IMG/VR virus record: IMGVR_UViG_3300032092_000036
Location: 1 to 55,634 of that record
Direction: 5' to 3' (one strand)
From: a virus
Taxonomy: Duplodnaviria; Caudoviricetes
DNA length: 55,634 bases
The translations under genes and the position numbers were made by a program. Of the stretch, positions 9,471 through 19,200 are shown in pieces. How positions within the stretch are numbered: position 1 is the first letter of the stretch; each line of letters starts with the position of its first letter. Below the pieces are notes generated by a model. The model ran no database searches. It was not told where the DNA came from and worked only from the letters and a program-made list of their open reading frames with translations.

Positions 9471-9473
9471 ACT

Positions 9474-9752
9474 ATGCCAAGAGAAATAAATATACCCGCG
9501 TCTACCATCAAGGAAGACATTTATTTGATTGAGGAATCTGTTGGGATTGCTGTGCGAGTGGTAGTTGGATTTTTAAACTCCGAAAATAAATTTGATTTAG
9601 AGATTCCAACGAAGCAATACAGAATTCTGGGGGCTGACTATCAAGAATTAGTTGGTGCTCCCCCTGCTTGGGCTCCTGATAAACCAAGCGGCACATACAG
9701 AAATGAAGACTTGTGGCACTACATAGATTTACAAAGGGCTGAAAATGCGTGA
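9474..9752 (+). CDS. Hypothetical protein
   Basis: 92-aa ORF tightly packed in the operon. Confidence 0.7.
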   Translation: MPREINIPASTIKEDIYLIEESVGIAVRVVVGFLNSENKFDLEIPTKQYRILGADYQELVGAPPAWAPDKPSGTYRNEDLWHYIDLQRAENA

Positions 9753-9906
9753 AGAAATGATTGAGCTGCTGGCAGCGATGATGCAAAACAACATGGGCAA
9801 CAAACTGACCCTTGAATTGGCTAGCGGCTTGTTGACCACATTTAACCAGCAATGGCTGGCTTTAGAAGAGAAACAAAAATCTTCACACACAACGCCAGAA
9901 AGCTGA
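9745..9906 (+). CDS. 53-aa hypothetical protein (not in ORF track)
   Basis: MREEMIELLAAMMQNNMGNKLTLELASGLL...PES*; fills the gap exactly. Confidence 0.6.
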   Translation: MREEMIELLAAMMQNNMGNKLTLELASGLLTTFNQQWLALEEKQKSSHTTPES

Positions 9907-9918
9907 TAACATCTTGGT

Positions 9919-10344
9919 ATGAGCGGCCACACACTTTCTGTTCTGCTTCCTGAGACAGTGGAGAGTCACTGGGCCGACTTACGTGCAATGCTTGCTCCGG
10001 GTATGGAACATTCCAATGGCGAATTTGATGTAGATGACATTTTGACCATGGTTCAGAGCCAAAGAGTCTTTATCGCTACGTACAAACAAGACGACAAGAT
10101 CAGTCTAGCCATTGTGTTTGAAATCCTCAATTACCCTAAGAAGTGCGTGTTGTACGTCTTGGCGATGGGTGGAGCAGGGTTTGACCGGCTTATGAAGTTT
10201 TGCTGGGATGCCCTTACTGAGCTAGCCTTGCTGGTAGGTGCTTCGGCAATACGGGGCGCTGTACGCCCCTCAATGGAACGGTATTGCAGGCGGGTTGCGC
10301 CTGATGCTGGAAGAATCTACACTATCTTAGAAAGAGGTGTCTAA
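9919..10344 (+). CDS. GNAT-fold-like virion assembly protein
   Basis: Sits before the internal virion genes; LNYPKKCVLYVLAMGG...GASAIRGAVR pattern. Confidence 0.55.
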   Translation: MSGHTLSVLLPETVESHWADLRAMLAPGMEHSNGEFDVDDILTMVQSQRVFIATYKQDDKISLAIVFEILNYPKKCVLYVLAMGGAGFDRLMKFCWDALTELALLVGASAIRGAVRPSMERYCRRVAPDAGRIYTILERGV

Positions 10345-11786
10345 TGGGCGGCGGTGGCGGCAATCAATACTACGCAAACTTAGAGAAGCTTTACGGTACG
10401 CAGGCTGCACAGTCTGAACGACTGATGGGGCTATCTGAGCAATATACCTATCCAATGTACGGCCGCATGGTCGATCAGTCATTGGACTACGGCTCACTGG
10501 CAAACAAAGAACGAGCAGCAGCTCAGGCAAAAGCAGATGCAGAATCCTCATTTGGTTCAGCCATGGGTGCATACAAGAGCGATTTGGCCTCTATGGGTAT
10601 TAACCCTGAGGACCCACGATACGCCAAAGAAATGCGCAAACTGGCTACTACTGCTTATGGCGGTGGCGCTGCTGGTATGAGCAGTGCTCGTGATCGTGCT
10701 GAACAAATGGGCTTTGCCCGTATGCAAGACACCACGGCTTTGCTCGCTGGTGTGCCGTCTAATGCGTCATCTGCGCTGTCAAGTACGGCTGCTACAGGTT
10801 CTAACTTAGCAAGCATGTACAACCAAGGCCAGCAAATGGCTTCTCAAAACGTGGCTGGCGCTGTGCGTGGCGGTATTGATCTATACGGCTTTAGTAAAAA
10901 CAACCCCGGCTTCTTTGGGCTTGCTGATGGCGGCCCAGTTTTAAAACTTAAAGGCGGTGGTTACGTTCAACGTCTTGCCAGAGGCGGTATTACTGGTGCA
11001 ATGGAGCAAATTACCCCTCCGCCTCCCCCAACAGGGACACCTACTCCTTCCAACGCAGGAGCTGTGGGCCAAGGCTTGATGCGCGGTCGGGATATGGTCG
11101 GCACAGGTGTTGAGTCTCTGGGTAAAGCCACTGGTAACACTAATATGGCTGCCTATGGTCAAGGTATGCGTTTGGGCAAAGACGCTCAACCTGCTATCGA
11201 TGCTTACTCACAAGCTGCTGCACAGGTAAATTCTGTCTTGCCCCCTACTGCTGAGATGGCTGCGGCTGACATTGCTACGGGCGGTCTTGGTGGTAGTACG
11301 GGCGCGGCTGCTATGACAGAAGGCATTGGCGGCGCAGCTCTTGAAGGTGTTGCTAGCTCCCTTGGCGGTGGTGCTGCACTGGGTGCTGCCATGCCTTACG
11401 TTGGCGCTGCGATGCTTGTAGGTTCTGCCCTTGGTTTATTTAGAGACGGCGGCGTTGTTAACCAGCGCCCCTACATGAGTGGTGGCGAGATCGACGGTCC
11501 GGGCGGCCCCAAAGATGATTTGATTGCTACTGAGATTCCAGAGGGCGCTTTTGTTATGCCTATCGGTGTGGTGAGAAAGCTGGGACGTAAAGCGTTGGAG
11601 AAGATGAACGAAGTCGAAGACCATTCTGCCACTAAGAAGAAGCGCAACATGGTTAAAGTTCGTGTATCGGACGACGAGTTCATCATCCAACCTGATGCGG
11701 TTGATCGCATTGGACTTGCTAAACTAGAGAAGATTCGTCAAGATGGTTTGGCGTACGAAAATAAACTTGGTATAGGAAAGCCTTAA
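10344..11786 (+). CDS. Internal virion/DNA ejection protein
   Basis: Ala/Gly-rich helical protein with a hydrophobic stretch; repeated xxGG motifs and GPGGPKDDLI...EGAFV module. Confidence 0.7.
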   Translation: MGGGGGNQYYANLEKLYGTQAAQSERLMGLSEQYTYPMYGRMVDQSLDYGSLANKERAAAQAKADAESSFGSAMGAYKSDLASMGINPEDPRYAKEMRKLATTAYGGGAAGMSSARDRAEQMGFARMQDTTALLAGVPSNASSALSSTAATGSNLASMYNQGQQMASQNVAGAVRGGIDLYGFSKNNPGFFGLADGGPVLKLKGGGYVQRLARGGITGAMEQITPPPPPTGTPTPSNAGAVGQGLMRGRDMVGTGVESLGKATGNTNMAAYGQGMRLGKDAQPAIDAYSQAAAQVNSVLPPTAEMAAADIATGGLGGSTGAAAMTEGIGGAALEGVASSLGGGAALGAAMPYVGAAMLVGSALGLFRDGGVVNQRPYMSGGEIDGPGGPKDDLIATEIPEGAFVMPIGVVRKLGRKALEKMNEVEDHSATKKKRNMVKVRVSDDEFIIQPDAVDRIGLAKLEKIRQDGLAYENKLGIGKP

Positions 11787-11787
11787 C

Positions 11788-12030
11788 ATGACACTGAATG
11801 AACTTGAAAAACACTTGAACGCTGAATCTGCTGGCGGCCGCTTGATCGTTTGGCATGACGGTAAGAAACAATACATTACTGATATGAATGGCGATGGCGA
11901 ACCTTTCTTGAATGAATTAGGTTTGATGTTGCACAACATTGCAGACAAAGAAGCCGCTGCGCCTAAAAAGCGTGAAAAGAAAACTGAATCTGTTGTAGCT
12001 ACAAGCGACGACGTTCAAATCGAAGTTTAA
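11788..12030 (+). CDS. Hypothetical protein
   Basis: 80-aa ORF in the operon. Confidence 0.7.
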   Translation: MTLNELEKHLNAESAGGRLIVWHDGKKQYITDMNGDGEPFLNELGLMLHNIADKEAAAPKKREKKTESVVATSDDVQIEV

Positions 12031-12040
12031 GGGGTAAGCC

Positions 12041-13273
12041 ATGGCCAATATCATGGGTCTTTTGGGTGGTCTTGGCCAAGGTATTTCTTCCGGGGTGCAA
12101 AGCCTCGAACGCATGGACGAGGCCAAGAACCGCAAAGAAGAAGCGCAGTTCCGTAAAGAACTCCAACAGCGTGAGCGTGAGCGTCTTGCAGAAGAAAAAC
12201 GTGTAGGTGAGCAGATTAAAGGCATTCAAGCTGAAATGCCTCCTGAGTACGATGCGTCCATGTCGGCCATTACCCAGCCCGCGCAAAAGCTCTCTCGCGC
12301 TCAAATGTTGGCACGCCAAGCAGAAATCTATTCTGCGTCTCCTGATCGAGCAAACCAGCAACTAGGTTTGCAGTTAGCCAACGCAGCTCGCGCCGAAACA
12401 AACGCTGAAAAACTGCAGGCTATTCAAACTGGCTATGCCGACACACTCAAAGCCATTAATACTGATCCCAACAAGTGGGTGCAAGAGAATCTGGCTAAGT
12501 TCAACGCTGATGAATATGGCGGCCCCGGTACTAAGGGCGTTATTGCGGCTCCTATGAGCACACCTCAGGGTACTGTATTGAATGTCATGGGCCCTCAAGG
12601 TCAACAGCTTCAGCAAATTCCTGTTACTCGGCAAGACATGATGCGGGTGGCTAAATCCATGTACTTCGATGAACTGTCTGGAATAAGCCCCGAATACGCT
12701 AAGCTTGCCATGGATCAAGAGCGCCTTGGTTTAGAGCGTGAAGGTCTTGGTCTGAAACGACAGGCTAACGAATCAGATGCCGAATACAGAAGACGTATGG
12801 CTGCTGCCAGCGAACGCGAATTAGACACTAAAATCAAAAGTGGGTATTTTAATAAAGCTCCTGAGCGTTTTAGTCCTCTTGGTTTGAGTGACGATGCGAC
12901 TCGTATGCTGGGCGTCCGTGGCGGCTCTCTTGCTGAGATGCCTATTCCTGCTGGTTACTCTGAGGGAGCATTCCCTAAGATTGCCAAAAAAGGTACAAAA
13001 CCTACGCCTGCCAAAATCATGACAGATCAAGAAGGCAACACAGTTGCTTACGGCGTAGACGGTCGTCCAATGTACAACATTGTTGGTGGCGGTTTAGAAG
13101 TGCCACTAGGCGTTACAAGTTCGGATTACAACCGCATGGTCAAAGAATCTCGTACAGCTAAGATTCCCATGGAAGTTGGTTCAGTGGATGGTAAACCAGT
13201 CATTGCGTATAAAGGCAAAGATGGCAACTATTACAGTACACTCGACGAAGCTAAAAAAGCCAAAGCCAAATAA
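12041..13273 (+). CDS. Internal virion protein (coiled coil)
   Basis: MANIMGLLGGLGQG N-terminus followed by charged coiled coils; typical second ejection protein. Confidence 0.65.
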   Translation: MANIMGLLGGLGQGISSGVQSLERMDEAKNRKEEAQFRKELQQRERERLAEEKRVGEQIKGIQAEMPPEYDASMSAITQPAQKLSRAQMLARQAEIYSASPDRANQQLGLQLANAARAETNAEKLQAIQTGYADTLKAINTDPNKWVQENLAKFNADEYGGPGTKGVIAAPMSTPQGTVLNVMGPQGQQLQQIPVTRQDMMRVAKSMYFDELSGISPEYAKLAMDQERLGLEREGLGLKRQANESDAEYRRRMAAASERELDTKIKSGYFNKAPERFSPLGLSDDATRMLGVRGGSLAEMPIPAGYSEGAFPKIAKKGTKPTPAKIMTDQEGNTVAYGVDGRPMYNIVGGGLEVPLGVTSSDYNRMVKESRTAKIPMEVGSVDGKPVIAYKGKDGNYYSTLDEAKKAKAK

Positions 13274-13284
13274 CGGGGGGCATT

Positions 13285-16200
13285 ATGCCAATCATTGAAG
13301 GGTTTACTCCTTCCGGTAGATCGCAGAATGAAGCGCCCCGTGCGCTTGAAGGTTTTACATCGGTCTACAAAGTTCCCATGCGCGGTGGCGACGATGCCTC
13401 TGGCATGCGAAATCCGTTACAGTTTTTGAACGACACCGTTGTCACCACGGTCAACTCCGGTCTTGGCATTATCAAAGGCGTCAGCGATTTTGTTTCGGTG
13501 GACAATCCGCTTTCAAAGGGTCTGGAATACATTATCAAAGAGGGTGAAGAAACTTACAGCCCTCAAGTTAAACAAGCGGAAGAAGAGCTTGGTCAAGCCA
13601 TGGATGAAGGCGGCTTTGAAGCCGTCAAAGGTGTTGGCAAATACGTTCTATCGTCTCCGGTGCAGACTGCGGCCAAGATTGTTGGTGGCATAGGCCCTAT
13701 CGGTAAAGGCATTCAGGCTAGCAGGTATGCAGCGCAGGCTTTAAAGTTTACCCCTCGCGGTCAAGGTATTGCCGGCGTTTCTGCCGGTGCTACGTTGGGT
13801 GGAGCCGCCGCTGGCGGTGATGCTGCTTCTGATGCTTATAGCCAAGTGATGAACAGCCCCAATGTACCGGAAGATCAGCGAGAGGCTATGGCTCGCCAAG
13901 CCGCACGTCAGGCATCAGTTGTTCCTGCTATCTTGGGCGGTTTGTCGGGTGCTACCGGCCTTGAAAGAATTATGTCTGGCGCTCGTGGCATTACCCGCGA
14001 AGGTGTTCGTCGCACTGCTGGTAAAGAGTTCCTTACAGAAGGTATTGAAGAAGGCGGCACAAAAGCTTCTGCCAATATTGCTGCAATGCAATATGATCCC
14101 ACGATTGACCCAATGCGCGGTGTTGTGGGTGCAACTACTCTTGGCGGCATCATGGGCGCTGGCGGTGGTGCTGGCGTTGCGTATCTAAACAACCGTGCTT
14201 ATGAGTCCAATATCCTTGGCACGGCTAATCCATCAGCTGACCAAAGTTTGATGCTCGGCATCAACAAGGGTGCGGGTCTGTCTACACAGGAATTGATTAA
14301 CGTCAAAACGGGTGTTACTCCTGCGGCTACTAAAGCCCAGCGCGCTGCACGCGAAGCAGATATTAAAGCAGCTCTAAGTGAGCCATCCGGTCGTTATGTC
14401 ACCGATGAGAATGGCATTGAGCGCGAACTCACCATGGGTGAAGCCGCATCCCTTGGCTATGAGACTCCTGCACTGGGAGCACTTACATCTGCTGAAGCGC
14501 CATCTGGTGAGACAACATCTCAAGTTATTGCTGACGACCTGCAAGCTGCGGCTTCTAAAGTTGGTATTAGTTTAGTAAGTAGGGGTAAACCCGTACAAAA
14601 ACGTATTGATGCGTTTACCAAAGCTGTTGATTTACTTGGCAGTGGTGCTATTGATAAAGCTACATTTGACCAGACCATAGAGCAGTTGAAGAAAAATCGA
14701 TATGCTGAGATCAACAAATCTTTTGCACAGATTGAAGCTGACTTCCAAGAAAAGCAGCGTCTAGCTAATCAGCCTAAATTCCAACGGGCTCCAAAACCAG
14801 AGGATCAAAATGTCAGCACTGATATTTCCGCTACAGGAGGACTTGCACCGAGCGTGGATGCTGGGGGCGTTGACGTATCAGGAGGCTTGGCAGCTACAGG
14901 ATCAGCTCTTAATGTCGGACCCAGCAGCGATGTGGGTTCCCGTGTCGCAGGAATTAGCCCCGCAGGTAATGAAACTTCACTTCTCGGAAATGTTACCGGT
15001 AAATCACCTACCACTTTAACACTACGCGCTGGTGCGCCAGCTTCGGGCATGGCTCAGACTTCTTTGGAAGATCAATTAGCCATTGGGGAATTAACAGGTA
15101 ACGCTGCAGAAGCGCAAGCACTGACTGAGGAAGAAGCCGGCCAGCGCATGGACGTGACCGACACTGATGAATCCAGAGCGCAAGACATTAACGCTATCTT
15201 AGACAAAGCGTTTGAGAATTCTGAGGACAAAGCTCGTGACATTGAAATTGCCAAGATGTACCTCGAGGTTATGAAAAATGCCCCGCAAGGCTTCAAACAG
15301 AAAATTCAAACTGCCATCGGCAAAGAGTTTGGTGTAAAAGCCGGCGCGGTTCGTAAGATTGGTCAAACGCCTGCTCTCGTAGACGCCGCTGTATCCATGG
15401 GTATGACAAGGCAGCAAGCCCTTGATCTTTTGGAGATCAGTGATACTTCTAAAAATAAAGTTAGCACGACTGCTGGAGAGCAAGCAGGCGGCCTTGAGAC
15501 TGTGGCTACAGAACTTGGCGTTGATTTCCAAGAAAATGATTCTATTGGTTTTGGATACGACGATACCCGCACATGGTCTCAGAGCGTAAAAGGCGCTGGC
15601 GATACTGTCAACGCGACAGACGAAGCCATGGCCAACGCTATCTACACCATCTCGGAAAAAATTAGAAGTGTTGATGCGCTCGCAGACAAACTTCCGGCCA
15701 TTGCGGGAACTCTGCGTGAAATGAAAGCCAAACTTGAAGAGACTTTGGTAAAAACTATGCAAAACGTTGCAGGTCGGCTAAAACCCGGCAGCAAACCAAC
15801 GCCTAGAAAAACAAAAGCAAAAGAGGTTGTGGAAGACGAGACTAAGCTTTTGACAGATGAACAGGTAGCCTTGAACAAACAGCAGGAAGCTCGTCAAGCC
15901 GCTCGTGCCGCTAGTCGTAAAGGTTTGGAAGTTGGCGACACAGTACAGAATCCAAAGTTAGGTACAGGCACGGTTCAAAGCTTTTCCGGTGACGGCGACG
16001 CTACCATGGCAAAGATTGCTTTTCAAAGCGGTCAAACAAAAGACTTGATGCTGTCTGCAGCAAAGTTAGAAAAGATTGCTAGTGCGCCTGTCACTGAGAA
16101 AGCTCCGATCGCCGAAACGACAACGCCTAAGAAAACTAAGGCGGGTAAAACAAAGGCGCAGGTCACAGGTCGTGACGTGTGGGAAAATCTACAGAAAGAC

Positions 16201-19200
16201 ACTCCCGGTCTTGGCGACTATGACGGTTTGTCTAAGAGGGAAAAAGACTATGTAGAAGAAGTGGCTGCCCGCACCAACGGCGACTTTACTTTGGTATCTG
16301 AGCCTTCCATGGAAGTGGTAATTGATAACCACATAAACGAAGAGCAGACGGAAGACATTTACACGGAAGACTTTGAAGCTGATGACGGCACAGCCCGCTA
16401 TATGCGATCAGCTACTAGCCAAGAGTGGAAAGACAACGACGGCAAAACATTTAAAACGCAGCCAACTACTCTTGCCAATTTAAGTAAGTATCCCGGTGTT
16501 CTTAAGGGGTTAAAGCATCTTCAAGAGGCTGGCCTTATTTCAACAGCGCAAAACATTGATACGTGGTTAATCACTGATGCCAAAGTTCCATGGACCGGTA
16601 TGCACATGTTGGTCGACGGTAAAGATACTATTATTTTTACTCAGGCCGCTCTTGATGATGTCAAACTATCATTTGTCACGCTGACCCACGAGATTGGCCA
16701 TAGTGTTGACGAAGCCGGCCTTGCAGGAACAGGCATCTACTCAAGTGCTCCAGAATTAAATTTAACATTTAAGAATGGAAACTTAAAAGCTATTGGCCCT
16801 GTAACCCGAGAATTGGTAAATCATTTTCTAAGCGATCAAGATTCTCCTCTATCTGAACAACTGCAGTATCCCCTTGTCGATAATGACGGGTTAACGGCAG
16901 ACAATATGCGTGAAGAACTTTTTGCGCAACTGTACATGTTCAGTTCGATGAAAATTGGTCGTCAATATTTACGTGACAACTTGCCGCTGACCGCGGCTTT
17001 TATGGAGAGAACACATGCAAAAATTAAAAAAACCAATGCCAGCGCCCAGCCAGCCGGTGAAGTACAAAGTGGTGAGTCAGGACAAGTTCAAGATAGGGCC
17101 CAAATTCGCGAAGTTTCTGGACGGCAACTACGAGCCAACAAAGAAAAAATCGTAAATTCTAAAGAGGCAAGAACGGTCTCTTCGGTAGTTTCAGAAACGC
17201 TAAACGCGCTGATGTTTACCGAAGACTTGTTTAAGAAGGCAGTCAAATCTGGCATCAAATCTGCCAAAGATATGATGAACATCTACCGCGAGCGCACAAA
17301 CCTCGAGGGTCAGATTCAGCGTGACGTTGAGCGTGTTGCTTCTTTGTACAACAAAATTCCTACTAACGAGCGCGGTACTGGTGACGCAAGTGCCAACAGG
17401 TTTGTCTACGACATGACCCGAGAAAAGAAGTGGGGCTTTAAACCTACGTGGCGTACTGGCCAAAGTGGGTCGGTTACGATTGATCCTGCCATGCGCAAAC
17501 GTTGGGATGGGTTGAGCCAAGAATCTCGTGACTGGACTGAGGCTGTGTTCGCCCACGGTGATGCCATGCTCAAGCTGAAAAAGCAGACATTGATGGACGC
17601 CACGAACTCTGAGTACGATTCTCTGATTAAGGGTGCGCAAGCCGCAGGCAATACAGCCAAAGTAGCTAAGTTTGAAGCTGCTAAAAAGTCTCAATTAAAG
17701 CAGTTTGCTCGCCTATTTGCAGTATCTGAGTTTGCCCCATACGCCCCCATGAAACGTTTTGGCGATCACGTTGTTGTGGCTAAATCGCAGAAATACATCA
17801 ATGCGTCTGAGGCTGAGCAAACTAAATTGCAAAACGATCCTGACCACTACCATGTAAGTTTTGCTGAGTCTAATTCATCAGCTTTTAAGTTAGAGAGTGA
17901 GTTGCGCGCCGAAGGCAGTTTTGCAAACGTAGAAACTTTTAAGAAAGAAGACGCCGGCAAAAATGGTATGTACGGTGGTTTGTTGCAAGCGTTTACTAAA
18001 TTGCGCGGTGATTTAGATTCTGAGTTAGCTAACGCGACTGATCCTGCAGAGCGTAATACTCTTGCTAAAGCCCGTGCCGTGGTAGCCGATTTGTATTTGG
18101 CATCTTTGGCTGAGAACAGTGCTCGTAAATCTGAGATGCGCCGCAAGGGTGTCGCGGGCGAGATTGATATGTTGCGCTCATTTGCCACACAGGGTCGTGC
18201 GGACGCGCAGTTCTTGGCTACTGCCAAGTACACCCCACAGATGACAGAAGCTATTAATAAGATGCGCCGTGAGGTTAAAGATGGCGGTTCTCGTTTAGAC
18301 AAGTCTCAATTGTTTAATGAGATCATGGCTCGCCACAATCAATCGTTGACGTACGATGCTTCTGTCTGGAGTGATATTGCTGCTAAGGCTAGCCGTGTTA
18401 CATCCGTTTGGTTCTTGGCTACCAGCCCCATGTATTATTTGCAGAACTTGACACAACCGCAAATGATATCAGTTCCATTTATGGCAGGTCGTCATAACTA
18501 TTTTAAAACTCAAACGGCTTTAATAAAAGCGTACACCCAGCTAGGCGGTTTAAATAAAAACAAAAAGATAGATGAGCCGTTTGACTTCAACAACGTGCCT
18601 GCGGATGTGCGCACGATGATTTCCACGTTGGTAGATCGTGGCCGTATTGATATTGGCATGGAGACCGAGCTTGGTCAATTCCAAGTTGAGGGCGAAAGCA
18701 AAGCTGCCCAAGGTATCAACAAAGTTGATCGTGTTCTGCGTTCTGTTGGTCAAAAAATGGAAGCGATTAATCGCGTATCAACTGCCATTGCTGCGTATCG
18801 CTTGGAGTTAGCTAAGACAGGCGACGTTAAGAAAGCTACTGAGTACGCCGATGAGGTGATCTCTCAGACTCACGGAGACTACACCCGCAACAATGCGCCT
18901 CGTGCGTTCAATACCAATGTGGGTAAAGTTGCACTGCAGTTCCGCAAGTTCCAGTTAATTCAGTTAACTCTGTTAACTAAGTTGGTGGCAAACTCTGTCA
19001 AAGGTGCAACTAAAGAAGAACGCGTGGCTGCTCGTACAGCATTAGCGTTTACCCTAGGTCATACTGCAGCACTGGCAGGACTTGTAGGTATGCCCGGATT
19101 TGCGGCCATTTCGTTTATTCTAAAAGGCTTGGCTGATATGTTTGGTGACGACGAAGAGCCTTACAACTTAGAAAAAGAATTGTATGAAGCCATGGTCTCG

